A model generated the notes under the pieces. The model saw nothing but the letters and a program-made list of their open reading frames with translations, made no database searches and was not told the origin of the DNA. The translations under genes were made by a program, and so were the position numbers. A stretch of 64,000 nucleotides of DNA from an uncultured delta proteobacterium (GTDB taxonomy: Bacteria; Desulfobacterota; WTBG01; CAIYCZ01; CAIRTM01): contig CAWDSQ010000001.1 of the NCBI GenBank assembly GCA_963804955.1, positions 17,879 through 81,878 on the forward strand, read 5' to 3'. Below, in pieces: positions 19,891 to 30,844 of this stretch. Within the stretch, counting starts at the first letter, position 1, and each line of letters begins with the position of its first letter.

Positions 19891-20620
19891 TCAATGCTCA
19901 AGCTGATAGCCCGCCTTTCGGGCATCATCCCTGAACATTTTTACCGTTTCCAGAGAGAACTCGTTCAGATCTTTTCCTACGAGATGAAGCTTTCTGAGAA
20001 TATCCATGGTGACGGTAATAATATGGCAGCCAATTTCGTCGGCTTGAAAAACGTTGAGAAGTTCACGCGGGCTGGCCCAGATCAGTTCCTGGCCGGGATG
20101 TTGCCGCAACAGTTCAGCGGCAGAACTCATGATCGGAACCGGATCACGGCCCGTATCGGCAACCCGCCCTGCAAACAGCGACAGAAAGGCAGGCGCCCCT
20201 CCCTGCAGGGATTTGCTCATTTCCGCAATCTGCTCAAAGGTCGTCATCGCGGTGATATTTAATTGAACTCCCGCCACGGGAGAGCTCGCGAACCAGTTCC
20301 GTTGTTGATTCCTTGCGCGTGTTCGTGACGGGAATCTTAACATACACATTCTTTCCCCAATCCCGGATCAAAAGGGCCTGGCGCTTCATTTCTTCAAGCT
20401 CATCGGAAAAAACCTCGAATGAAATGGGGCGGTCGCAAATAACCTGGAGCACATCAAGCGCAAAAGCCTTATAGTCGTTGATGCCGGCCTTGCCCATCAG
20501 GGTCGGATTTGTCGTAAACCCTTTGATCAGAGGGTTGCGGTACATTTCCACCATTTCGGATTTTACCGCTCCGTCGGCAAAGATTTTTACGCTCAACACT
20601 GAAAGTGGTTTCACTGACAT
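19891..20620 (-). pseudogene. Transaldolase, short TalC/Fsa-type; one frameshift near 20280
   Basis: ORF 20234..20620 reads KIFADGAVKSEMVEMYRNPLIKGFTTNPTLMGKAGI...VYVKIPVTN...ELVRELS. ORF 19891..20349 continues AGVQLNITAMTTFEQ...FAGRVADTGRDP...IWASPRELLNVFQADEIGCHIITV. Confidence 0.8.
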
Positions 20621-21171
20621 GATAGCCTCCCTAAATTTTCCTCAGCAGTTTCAAGAATAATGGAAGCGGCCTCCGCAAACGACCAGACTCGAAAATCAGA
20701 CGATTCTGGTTGGCGCTCCGCATACCCGTTGTCGATAAATATTGTCCGACAGCCGGCGTGCTGCCCGGCCTCGATATCCTTCCAGCGGTCGCCCACCATG
20801 TAACTTGAAGCAAGGTCAATATCAAACTCCTGCGCCCCGGCAAGCAACATACCGGGACTGGGCTTCCGGCAGTCACAGCCATCACCGCTGTCGTGATAGC
20901 ACATAATAAAACGATCTATGGGCATACGTTTTGCCAAATAACCGTTTATCTCCTCAACGACTGCTTGGGGCGTAGCGCCTCGTGCCACATCAGGCTGATT
21001 AGATACAACGATTAACACAAAGCCTGCATCTTTCAATCGCTGCACTGCTTCAACCACGCCCGGCGGAATTTCTACTTCATCAACGCATGAAGGCGGATAG
21101 GGTTTCCCTTCTTTTACTACCGCCCGATTGAGCACGCCGTCCCGGTCAATAAAAACCGCCCGTCTCTTCAT
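20611..21171 (-). CDS. gmhB: D-glycero-D-manno-heptose 1,7-bisphosphate phosphatase (HAD-IIIA)
   Basis: MKRRAVFIDRDGVLN...LIVVSNQPDVARG...CYHDSGDGCDCRKPSPGMLL...MVGDRWKDIEAG. I place the start at the ATG at 21171, which forms an ATGA overlap with the gmhA stop. Confidence 0.85.
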   Translation of the reverse strand: MKRRAVFIDRDGVLNRAVVKEGKPYPPSCVDEVEIPPGVVEAVQRLKDAGFVLIVVSNQPDVARGATPQAVVEEINGYLAKRMPIDRFIMCYHDSGDGCDCRKPSPGMLLAGAQEFDIDLASSYMVGDRWKDIEAGQHAGCRTIFIDNGYAERQPESSDFRVWSFAEAASIILETAEENLGRLSCQ

Positions 21172-21768
21172 GGAACAGCCGACTCCCACTTGGTCTGATG
21201 TGCTTTCAGCTTCGGGTGCGACACTAGCAAATGCCAAATGACAGCTTGAAACGCCTCGGCATGGGGTGTGATGGATTCCGTATTAACCGTCGGCACGATG
21301 ACACAGGCATCGGCCACCTGCGCCGTATAGCCGCCATCCCGACCAACGACACCGGCAATTTTGGCGCCAACCGTCTGGGCATACTGCAGCGCCATAACCA
21401 GGTTCGGACTGATGTTTTTTTCGAGGTTGCCGCCGCCAACGGAAAAAATGAACAGTGCATCCCTGGCAGCCAGCTTGCTGGTCTTCAGCCATTCGACAAA
21501 AATAGTTGCCCAGCCTTCGTCATTGGTTCGCGCGGTCAATTCCGAAACATTGTCCGTCGGAGCATAACGATTCAATGCCGACGATCTTGCGAAAGTCATT
21601 CACAGCATGGGAGCAATTACCCGCGCTGCCGCCAACTCCCAAAAAGAAAATCCTGCCGCCATCGAGCTTTACCGTCGCCAGGATATCTGCCATTTTTTCA
21701 ATGGCGGCCACGTCTATTTTCCCGATGATTTCAACAGCCTCATTCAAATGCTGCTGCGCATAACTCAT
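21168..21768 (-). pseudogene. gmhA: Sedoheptulose-7-phosphate isomerase (SIS domain); one frameshift near 21570-21595
   Basis: ORF 21520..21768 reads GRIFFLGVGGSAGNCSHAVNDFRKI. ORF 21168..21599 continues ...DALFIFSVGGGNLEKNISPNLVMALQYAQTVGAKIAGVVGRDGG...VIVPTV. Confidence 0.8.
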
Positions 21769-22469
21769 GCTTTCCCCCTTTTTCTAAAATAATCAATGGT
21801 TTCTTCCAGCCCCTTATGCGAGCCGATTTCATAAAACCGTTCAAACACCTCATAGCCCGCCAAAGCGCCCTGAACCGAAAGCTTGTGGTACATGTCCGCC
21901 AGATCAAAAGGATCATTGGCGGGCGCATCTTTCAGCACCGCAGCAGACAGAACCCCAAGCCCGTAATCAATGTGCGCCATTTCGGGCCGGGGCGTCTGTT
22001 TATTGTATTCTATAATGCATCTATCACGAAACAGCACATTGCTCTTATCCCACTGATCATCATTTTTCATCACGGTCATCAACGCCGGCTTTCCGCTTAT
22101 CAGGAAATCCCGCTCCACGGCCTGAAAATCGATGGGCAGATAAGAATCGCCGTAAAACACAAAAAATTGCTCACCCAGCAGAGGCAGGGCCTGCCGCAGG
22201 GCGCCGCCTGTTCCCAGCAGGCGCGGGCCATCCCATGAATAACGGACCTGCAATCCAAAGGCGGCACCATCACCCACCACCGCTTCAACTTGTTCACCCA
22301 GATAGCTGATACACAGCACCACATGTGTGACACCCTGCTGCTGCAGGTACTCCAGCTGGCGAACGACAAAAGGCTTGCCCGCCACATCGACCAGAGACTT
22401 GGGTGTTTTTTCAGTAACAGGGCGCAGTCTGGTAGCCAGCCCTCCAGCCAAAATGGCAACAGGAAACAT
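21765..22469 (-). CDS. hddC: D-glycero-alpha-D-manno-heptose 1-phosphate guanylyltransferase (NTP-transferase fold)
   Basis: MFPVAILAGGLATRLRPVTEKTPKSLVDVAGKPF...LGTGGAL...FYGDSY. It is 4-nt or 1-nt overlapped with both neighbours. Confidence 0.8.
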   Translation of the reverse strand: MFPVAILAGGLATRLRPVTEKTPKSLVDVAGKPFVVRQLEYLQQQGVTHVVLCISYLGEQVEAVVGDGAAFGLQVRYSWDGPRLLGTGGALRQALPLLGEQFFVFYGDSYLPIDFQAVERDFLISGKPALMTVMKNDDQWDKSNVLFRDRCIIEYNKQTPRPEMAHIDYGLGVLSAAVLKDAPANDPFDLADMYHKLSVQGALAGYEVFERFYEIGSHKGLEETIDYFRKRGKA

Positions 22470-23449
22470 TAGTTTAATACCACCTTCGTGCCTTCAAAGT
22501 CAAAGCGGAAGCGCACTTCTTCCAGCCCAGCTTTGCTCATGGCATGGCGCAGTTTGTTGCGGTCAGCCGCACAAAACATCAGGAAGCCGCCACCGCCGGC
22601 GCCCACCAGCTTACCGCCGACGGCACCGTTCTTTATGCCAAGTTCGTACCACTCGTCAATCGTAGGATTGCTCATGCTGCCGGAGCGCCGCCTCTTTTGT
22701 TCCCAGTGCTCGTGCATCAACTCACCAAACTGAGCCACTTGGCCGTCCTCCAGAGCTTGCCTGCTGCGATAGCCGAGCTCTTTCACAAAATGAAGATTTT
22801 CCAGCATTTCTTTATCGCTGCTCTGCGTTCTGTTTTTTTGATCTTTAAGAATATCGCTCGCGCTGCGGGAGTATCCCGTAAAAAACAAAAGGATATTGTC
22901 CTCAAGGTCAAACAGCGTGTCCATGGATATTTTTAGAGGAACGGCGGTCACGCTGTCATCTTTATGGAAAGTAAAACAGGTCAAGCCGCCATAGGCTGAA
23001 ATGTACTGGTCCTGTTTGCCGATCGGCTCGCCCAGCCGGTCGATCTCGATGTGGCATGCCAGTTCGGCCAGTTCCTGGGGATGAATCAACCTGTGCCGAT
23101 GAGCGTGCAAGGCCTCCAGCAGTGCCGTCGTAAAGCTTCCTGATGAGCCCAGGCCCGTCCCTGCGGGGATATCGGCCAAAGTTGTAATCTCAATCTGCGG
23201 GGTTCGCAGCTCCTGCATTCTGAAGGCTTCACGAATGATGCGGTGCCGTACTTCATCCACCGAAGTCACATGCTCAAGCTCTGAATACTTAAGATAGACA
23301 CCTTCCGTGAACGGACGCGTCACCGTCACATAGACATATTTATCAATGGCGCCAGCGATCAAAAACCCTTCATGTTCCCGGTAATAGGAGGGCAAATCGG
23401 TCCCGCCGCCGCCCAGAGTGATCCGCAACGGACTACGCGCTATGATCAT
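22469..23449 (-). CDS. hddA: D-glycero-alpha-D-manno-heptose 7-phosphate kinase (GHMP kinase)
   Basis: MIIARSPLRITLGGGGTDLPSYY...PAGTGLGSSGSFTTALL (GHMP motif II)...GGKLVGAGGGGFLMF. Confidence 0.85.
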   Translation of the reverse strand: MIIARSPLRITLGGGGTDLPSYYREHEGFLIAGAIDKYVYVTVTRPFTEGVYLKYSELEHVTSVDEVRHRIIREAFRMQELRTPQIEITTLADIPAGTGLGSSGSFTTALLEALHAHRHRLIHPQELAELACHIEIDRLGEPIGKQDQYISAYGGLTCFTFHKDDSVTAVPLKISMDTLFDLEDNILLFFTGYSRSASDILKDQKNRTQSSDKEMLENLHFVKELGYRSRQALEDGQVAQFGELMHEHWEQKRRRSGSMSNPTIDEWYELGIKNGAVGGKLVGAGGGGFLMFCAADRNKLRHAMSKAGLEEVRFRFDFEGTKVVLN

Positions 23450-24445
23450 AGCCGGACTCCCTGTAAATTTTCTCCACCACTTTTAATGCTTCGTATGCAT
23501 CATGCAACCCTGCCGCAGGGTGTTCTGTTTAACCTGATATCATCGTAGAACTCAGCGATCTCCACCTGCCAGGAATCATCCGCAGTCGGGTATTCCCAGA
23601 TCGTCGTCTCCGGCGGCCCCATCTGGGGCAGCATTTTATAATGCGTTAGCCGCTCTATACCGTAGCTCCCGCCCAAACCGGAAATTTCCAGCTTCCCGTC
23701 GCGGCCGTATATCTCCATGGAAAACAAATTTTTCCATTCCGTGCAGCTTGCATGCAAAAACGCAACCTGCTGTTTAGCTGTTTTTAGCAGCATGAAGCCG
23801 TTATCATCGACCGGCATGTCCCAATAGTATGTATGGGCAAAGCCGTGCACTTCCTCAAACTCTCCCAAAAACCAGCGCGAAAGATCAATCAGATGCGGGC
23901 CCTGGTCCATCAACTCGCCGCCGCCGGAAAGATCCGGGTTGGCCCGCCATTCTTTGTCATACCCGATGCGCCCCCCGTGGCCATAGCGCGCCCGGATGAA
24001 CATCAGCTCACCTAATTGTCCGGTTTCAAACAGCTCCCGGGCTTTACGAAAAGCACGGTGATACCGGTGATTGAATCCCACATGCACCTTCACCCCGCTC
24101 CGCTCGGCCGCCGCCATGACAGGTTCAAGCTCCGCAAGACTGTCGCGCGGCCGGTTTTTCAACCAGCACATGCTTTCCTGCTTCAATCGCGGCCCGTGTG
24201 ATTTCCGCCAGCGAATCATGCAGGGTGGCGACAAAAACAATTTCAACTTCCGGCACTGCCAAAAGCTCTCGCCAATCGCGCAACACCCTGGCCCCCGAAG
24301 CTTTTGCCACATTCCCGGCACGGACGGCATCAATATCGGCGCAAGCCACCAACCGCCCGCCAGGGTGAAGCGCCCATGCCCGTTTTTGCCCGATCAGGCC
24401 ACAACCGACAATCCCGACTCCAAATGGTCTATCAGCAGTGATCAT
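23433..24445 (-). pseudogene. Gfo/Idh/MocA-family NAD(P)-dependent sugar oxidoreductase; two frameshifts (~24150-24180 and ~23515)
   Basis: FGVGIVGCGLIGQKRA...EAGKHVLVEKPAAR in one frame is followed by DSLAELEPVMAAAERSGVKVHVGFNHRYH...DQGPHLIDL... in a second frame. The true tail EHPAAGLHDAYEALKVVEKIYRESGYDHSA* lies in a third frame and ends at 23433, overlapping the hddA start. Confidence 0.75.
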
Positions 24446-25301
24446 TTGTCACCCCAGGTACAACCCCGGTCCCTGCCGGCAATGCGGCGAAGGGTATACA
24501 TGTCGCTCGATGACAACTCCTCCAGATGTTCCGGCCAATGCTCCCAGTCGTCCCAAACCGCGCTGATGAGCTTGCCGGTAATCCCCTTGCTTGCATCGGT
24601 AGCAAGGAATAGTGCCAGATCCGCCACTCTGTCCATTGAGGCGCCGCCTTCCGCAAATACTTTTTTGGCAATGGCAAACTCACGTTCACCTGCTGCGTCA
24701 GCACCTTTTTTAATACTTCGCCCAACATTTCCGTCTTCATCGCCCCCGGCGCAATGCAGTTAACGCGAATCCCTAAAGGCCTGGTTTCCTCGGCAAGCGT
24801 CTCGCTGAAACGGATCAGTCCCGTCTTCGCCGTAGCATAGGCACTGAAATTGGCCCTTGGGCCGGTCGCACCACCACCGGAAAGATTGATGATTGACCCA
24901 CCTCCGGTATCTCTCATCCACGAAACAAATGCACGGCACAAGGCAACCGGAGCAAGCAAATCAACCTGTATCACCTGCTGCCACAGCGAAAAATCGTTTT
25001 CCCACAAAGGGCCCATTGGGCCCTGAATTGAGGCGTTGTTCAACAGTACATCCAGACGAGGCAAACATGCCCTGACCTTGGCAGCCAATTCCACGACCAA
25101 TTCGGGATTAGCCAGATCACAAACAAAACATATAATCTGCTGCCCTTTCCTATCAGGAAGTGCATGCGCGATTGTATCCAGTCCAACCTTACTACGCGCA
25201 ATGAGACAAAGATTAAACCCGGCATCCCAAAAACGGCGGGCCAGAAATTCGCCCAACCCCCTGGAAGCACCGGTAATAAAACATAGGATTTCAATGAGCA
25301 A
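24442..25301 (-). pseudogene. Short-chain dehydrogenase/reductase (SDR); one frameshift near 24640-24700
   Basis: ITGASRGLGEFLA...NNASIQGP...SAYATAKTGLIRFSETLAEE (YxxxK)...NCIAPGAMKTEM. The continuation MDRVADLALFLATDASKGITGKLISAVWD lies in ORF 24442..24636. Confidence 0.75.
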
Positions 25302-25323
25302 ACTGGGCAGCTGTGTTCGTTAG

Positions 25324-26281
25324 TCACTCTCGTCGCCTCAAACACCCATTCATTGGCCCGCAGATACTCCACCGTTTTGATCACCCCATCGCGGATACTG
25401 CATTTTGGCTTCCATCCCAGGGATTGAATTTTTTTCGTCTCCAGATAAATGAACGGATTGTCACCGATCCAGCCCCGGTCACTGCCCGAGTATTCCAGTT
25501 TCGGCTTGACGCCCAGCTCTTCGCAAATCCAGCCGATGGAGTCATTGACTTCACAGTATCCGTCAACTCCCAGGTTGAAGATATTGACCTTATCGCCCGC
25601 CTTGTCCATGGCCAGGAGGATCGCATCGATGCAGTCCTGAACATACAGATAAGATTTCCGCTGCTTGCCGTTGCCCAGCACCGGCAAGCGCGAGGGATCT
25701 GCCTTCAGTTTCTGGTAGAAGTCGAAAACATGACCGTGGGTATAGCGTTCACCAAGGATGGAAACGAAGCGGAAAATCCAGGACTGAAAGCCAAAACCCT
25801 CGCAGTAAGCCGCAATAAAGCCTTCGCACGCCGCCTTCGAAGCTCCGTAAAGCGAGGTCTGGATGGGGAATGGGCCGTCTTCAGGCGTCGGGACAACGGC
25901 TGCCTCGCCATAAACCGAGCCGGTCGATGAAAAGACGATTTTCCTTATGCTGTTGGCCCGCATGGCTTCCAGGACATTATAGGTAGCGATCGTGTTCTGT
26001 TCCAGATCCTTGCGCGGATGTTCAGTGCCGAAACGAACATCGGCATTGGCCGCAAGATGAAAAACCGCCTGACCACCGGCAAATGACTGCTTCAATGTAT
26101 CCGGATCAAGCAGATCAATTTCGCAAAGTCGGAAATTCGATTGCGCCAGCGCCCCTTCCAGAAATCGGCGCTGGCCTGTGGAGAAATTGTCGATACCAAC
26201 CACTTCATGCCCGCAGGCCAATAACCGGTCAGTCAGGTTGCTGCCAATAAACCCCGCTACGCCAGTAACAATATATTTCAT
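25324..26281 (-). CDS. NAD-dependent nucleotide-sugar epimerase/dehydratase (extended SDR)
   Basis: MKYIVTGVAGFIGSNL...SSTGSVYG...SLYGASKAACE (YxxxK)...LGWKPKCSIRDGVIKTVEYL. The listed ORF (25040..26326) runs on about 90 codons into the SDR gene. Homology ends near 25320, where a TGA (25324-25326) sits one frame away. The 3' end is therefore uncertain. Confidence 0.75.
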
Positions 26282-26393
26282 AAAAGCAGCCCCTTTGTTG
26301 GAATCCGCATCGTCCTTTAAAGGCACTTCGGCATAAACGGAGGTTTACTGAACCTCCCAATTTTCAGCCGAAGCAGTACCCGAGCCGCCTTTG

Positions 26394-27671
26394 TCATGGA
26401 AGCCGCAAGAGCCTGGGATTTTCCAATGGCTCAGCAACCAACTGAATATCTTTTAGCATCCAAGTCATTCCATCCTTAAAAACAGAAACCTTCTTCCCCT
26501 CGGAGAAGGATCTGGCCTGATAGTTAACAGGAATTTCGGTGGGATGAAACCCCTTGCGGTATAACTTTATAACCAGCTCGTGGTCAAAATCAAAACGATT
26601 ATATCGAAAATTCAGTCCATAAACACAGTCTCGGTAAAAAACCTTGTACATTGTAAAGGGGTCTTTCATGTTTGACCCTAGTAAAAAGTTTATAATTCCA
26701 ACAAAAAAGATATGCCCACAATTAAAAAAACTAGCAATGATTGGCATATCGTTGAACTTGCGCATCTTCCAATCACCCACATGGCGAGAGCCCAGAACGA
26801 ACGAGGCACGCCATGAGATCAGCTCATCAATGAGTACGTCATAGTCGTTAACATCGTATTCGAGATCCGCATCTTGAATAAGAATAATGTCCCCTGTAGC
26901 CGCAGCAAAACCCTCGCGGACCGCATGTCCCTTGCCCTTGGGCTTTTCCTGCCAAATAATGTCAATTTTTTCATGGCCTTCGTATTTTGCCACGAGTTCC
27001 CTCGTGCCATCAGTAGAGTTGCTTTCTACAATTATGACCTGAATATCAACTCCGGTAATATCCTTTGCCAGAACACGATTAATTGCTTCATTAAAGGTGC
27101 TAAACTCATTGAACACCGGCATGATTACAGAAACCATAGGTCGCTCACGCTTCGCGCCAATCCGTGCGGAAACCACAGCAAGCTGCGATCCATTCTGGTC
27201 GGTCTCCGGGTTGCTCAGCCAGATTTGATTAAAATTTGAAGCCAGGAGCAATTTGTGAAATGCGCACCAGTCCGGCCAAAATCTTGCAGGCGTTTCACGC
27301 ATTAAGAGCGATTTACGAAGCCACCTGTGATTCCCACCCACCAGCTCAACCAAAAATACTATAGGCTGAGATTCACTCAGTCGCTCTCGCAGCAAGCGCA
27401 GTGCTGCAAGGGGATCAACCTGATCCAGTAGGTGATCATCCACAATGAAACTGCCACTGCCCCCGGGATACGCAGCAAGCGATCCGAAATCGACAACCTT
27501 TAGGCGATCTTCACCGCATACTTTCTCAAGCAATGCCTGCAATGACTTATTACCGCCCTTAGTGGTAACAAGAGTAACCATATCCTTTGATTGGTTTAGA
27601 AGGTTATTTACAAGCGATATGGATTTTTTCAAATAGTTCCTGAGCCTGCTTATGCTGCGGAATAAAGTCAA
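26394..27671 (-). CDS. GT2 glycosyltransferase with an N-terminal ~170-aa domain of unknown function
   Basis: The C-terminal two thirds read VSVIMPVFNEFSTFNEAINRV...VIIVESNSTDGTRELV...GKGHAVREGFAAATGDIILIQDADLEYD. I did not recognise the N-terminal domain. Confidence 0.75.
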   Translation of the reverse strand: MTLFRSISRLRNYLKKSISLVNNLLNQSKDMVTLVTTKGGNKSLQALLEKVCGEDRLKVVDFGSLAAYPGGSGSFIVDDHLLDQVDPLAALRLLRERLSESQPIVFLVELVGGNHRWLRKSLLMRETPARFWPDWCAFHKLLLASNFNQIWLSNPETDQNGSQLAVVSARIGAKRERPMVSVIMPVFNEFSTFNEAINRVLAKDITGVDIQVIIVESNSTDGTRELVAKYEGHEKIDIIWQEKPKGKGHAVREGFAAATGDIILIQDADLEYDVNDYDVLIDELISWRASFVLGSRHVGDWKMRKFNDMPIIASFFNCGHIFFVGIINFLLGSNMKDPFTMYKVFYRDCVYGLNFRYNRFDFDHELVIKLYRKGFHPTEIPVNYQARSFSEGKKVSVFKDGMTWMLKDIQLVAEPLENPRLLRLP

Positions 27672-28249
27672 TATCTTCTAGTAATCCACAATTCAGTGCA
27701 GTGAACAACACGGGTATTATTCTTTGAAAAAACATACGCTCGATGCTCGCATCTGCACAATGGGCATGGGGCAATATTTTTGGTTTCAGGTATCATCCCT
27801 TAACTCCCTGCTCGCCAGGAGCATACGTTGTTCGCGCAATTGTAAAAAGATCGCGAAATATTGATATATATCGGCGCAGCCAGCTTCTCTTGTGTCCGAT
27901 CTTTACACCATTTGAAGAGAAAATTATATAAAAAACCGGGGCAAAGATAGCCAATGCACTGAGCTGGTAATTTTGATTGTATGTCTGATAACGATTGCAT
28001 TGCATTTTCCAATATGTTGGACGTAAAAACAAATGCTATTTTTCCGTGAAAGCACGCCTGCTGTTTTTGGTATACCCCCTCGCCCTGTTGTTTTATTCCG
28101 ACATTTTTATATTGAAGGTACATGCCTCTTTTGTTTTTAGAGACCCGGGTTTTTATTGGCGCTGGTACCCAACAAATGCAACTTTCGTTTTTGCTATAAT
28201 CATAAAATGTATTATGCCTATAGAGGCGAGGAATTTATAAATCCCAATA

Positions 28250-28460
28250 TGCAATTTGCATGGAACAAGTTTTTTGAAACTTTTATTTTTTAGAAACGGA
28301 AAGACATGCCATTGCGGGTTCAGCAGGAGCTGCTCTCTTCCTCACGATACCTCTTTTTTTATGGCGGCATGGCTGATGAGATGCGGGCTCTGTCATTACT
28401 GTTTCCTGCCATAGACCTGCTTGGCGTCTATTCGCTCTATCCTGTGAGAGCGACCCTGCG
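28250..28460 (+). pseudogene. Degenerate 3' remnant of a paralogue of the 18105 membrane-protein gene
   Basis: ...FFETFIF*KRKDMPLRVQQELLSSSRYLFFYGGMADEMRALSLLFPAIDLLGVYSLY aligns with ...TAFFVFYKWKDKPAQVKRLFIYTSTFMIPLFFYAGWADELRALSLMFPAIYLLAVYSVY of the 18105 gene (corrected frame). It contains an in-frame TAG. Confidence 0.5.
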
Positions 28461-28561
28461 GGTTATCAGGAAAAAAATAAACCGGGGCCAAAAGCGGCCG
28501 GCTGGTTCACAAGTGCAAAGTGGTTTTGAAAATCGGCTTGGAGATGGTCATCGTTTGCTGT

Positions 28562-30587
28562 TCATTCCGAAAAGATTTCTTTAATGCTGTCACCTTGCGC
28601 TATAAAATACCGGTACCCTGGATAGAGCGCCATCATTTCTTTGTTGCGGTCTCCGGAATCCACCACGTAGAGGACCTCGTTGTCCAGAAAAGGAGAATTG
28701 GCCATCAAAAGGCAGCCAAAGATATGACGTGTAAAAATAATTGCTTTTCCAACCTTCTGATGTTCGACCTCGCGGAGCAGTGGCGGGTTGACTCCCCAAT
28801 AGTTGCTGCTGTAGACCTTGTAGAGGGCCGGTACGTTTGACGCCAGGGCGTACAGCGTGCAGAAAACCAGTACGGCCGTTGTGAGCCCATACAGGCGCCT
28901 GACAGATACTGCTCTTTTTAGCACCATTCTGGTGAGGTGCGGCAGGTTATGAATGCCGCGGGCGGTGAGCAGAATCATGATGCCCGCGGCTTCATACAAA
29001 AAGCGGGGGCCGAAGCACCAATCTTGAAACCAGTAAAACAGGTAGCCGCCGGCAAGGCAGAGGAAAGAGAAAAACAGCAGACGGTCCCAGCGATTTGTTT
29101 TCCCTGATGCAAACAGGATAAAAACGAATATGAGCGAAGGTATCGGCCACTCGAACAGATACTTGTTCAAACCAACGAAATTGTTCAGGGTATTGCGTAT
29201 GCCGCGCCCCAGCGTATGGGCCTCCCCCCAGCCTGCGTGACCAAAACCCGGCAGGTGACCATCGCCGTGGAGCATCTGATACCCGAAAATCAGGGGGCTG
29301 CCGTTGGTGAGATAATTAAAGGCCAGCAACAGAGCTACGAACACCGATGCCGCAAGCGACAGCGCGAGAAACGGCTTTCTGTAGTGCTTGAACTGCCGCC
29401 ATAAAAGACAGCTGGCGTGGAGGGCAAACGGCAGCGCAAGAGCCGCCGCCGTCAAGGGACGTATATTGACGATCCAGCCAAGGCAGGCTCCTGCAAGAAT
29501 TGCAGACAGCGTACTTTTCAGGCGCACTGTCCGGGCATAAAAAAGCAGGAATACTGTGAACAGGAACAGAGTGGTCACGTGGTTCATGAATTCCGATGAC
29601 ATAAAAAGAATGAACGGAGAGAAAAGGCTGAGCAACGCAGCCAGTCGCCCGATGGCTTCGCCATAGAACTCCCTGCCCAAAAAGTACAGAAGAACGATTG
29701 TAGCAGACCCCAGCAGCGGATTGATGAACCATGGCGCGCCCGCCAGAACCCCTAGCATCATCAGGAATGAGTGCCCCGGCGGATATTGAGAGTACCATCG
29801 GCCATTGTTGATGATATTATCGTAGTAGAAAAAATCTGAGAGCGGCGGAGACGGGGCTGTCAGGTGACCTGCGGCGAAATATTTTTCCGTGGAACACCTG
29901 TGCGACGCTGTCCTGAATATGGGGGATATGGTCAAAGGCAAACAAGGATACCATGTTTGTCAAAATGAACTCTGTCAGAAAAACAGCCATCAGAAACCAC
30001 GGCAGCGGTGAGGCGAAAACGAAATCCCGCAGGCGACGCCAAACGTTCAGATCGATGATATAGGCCGAGATGCCGATAAAGAAAAAGACGATGCCGTAGA
30101 GGCCAAGAGTCAGGTAGAGCGCTGCAGAGCGAACAAACAGCGGCGCGGGGTATCGTTTTTCCTCGAGAAAAAACCCCGAGAAAAAGCTGATCAGGAAGCA
30201 TAACAGTGTCAGCGATGCAGCCCACAACGCGGGTTTGTTTTTAAAGAGAGCAGCAACCGCTTCTCTTGCGCCCCGAAACAGGCATGCCACCGCCGGAAGC
30301 ACCACGAGCGAGAGGACGATAAAATATTCCCAGGGTATGCGCAGGTGGCCCGTGAAAAGAACATGACGGAATTCAACAAAACTTTCAGGGCCGGAATGCA
30401 GGGGGATATAACACATGTGCCATGGCTCGCAGCGCCTGAACATCGCCGCCAGAACCAATGCTCCCAGCACTCCCAGGATGCTTTTTAAGGGGAACTTAAA
30501 AGGTCGGGTACAACTAAACACGTGATTGATTCCAAATAGTGATAAACCTGTTAGAATTAATTTTACTGCATTAATACAACTTTTCAA
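28562..30587 (-). pseudogene. GT-C fold membrane glycosyltransferase (ArnT/PMT-like); one frameshift near 29880
   Basis: ORF 29817..30587 (N-terminal TM spans, ...FAFDHIPHIQDSVAQVFHGKIF) joins ORF 28562..29941 at AAGHLTAPSPPLSDFFYYDNIINNGRWYSQYPPGHSFLMMLG. Many further TM spans and a soluble tail follow. About 675 aa in total. Confidence 0.6.
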
Positions 30588-30844
30588 TAGAAGTGGGCGG
30601 CAGAGGCCGGATACACATAATCATTTCATGAAACCCATTTACCTGAGTCTGTAGACCCTTACAACGAGAGATGTTTGGCTCAAGGGTAACATGTATCGAA
30701 TTTTTCGTCCATTGTCTGATCAGCCACAAGCGCGACGGATCCCGCAGCCACTGATTTGGGACAGCTGCGGCACCGGCTTATTTATGCCGCACATTGCAAG
30801 TGCGGCGGCCGCGACAGTATGCGGAGTTTTGTATATTTACTCCT

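Noticed and set aside
25040-26326. 428-aa ORF suggesting an epimerase with a long C-terminal extension and an N-terminal extension
   Set aside because: Homology to extended-SDR epimerases starts at MKYIVTGVAGFIGS (ATG at 26281) and ends near 25320. The last ~90 codons run antisense-shifted through the SDR gene and read as low-complexity run-on. This is probably a missed stop or a frameshift.
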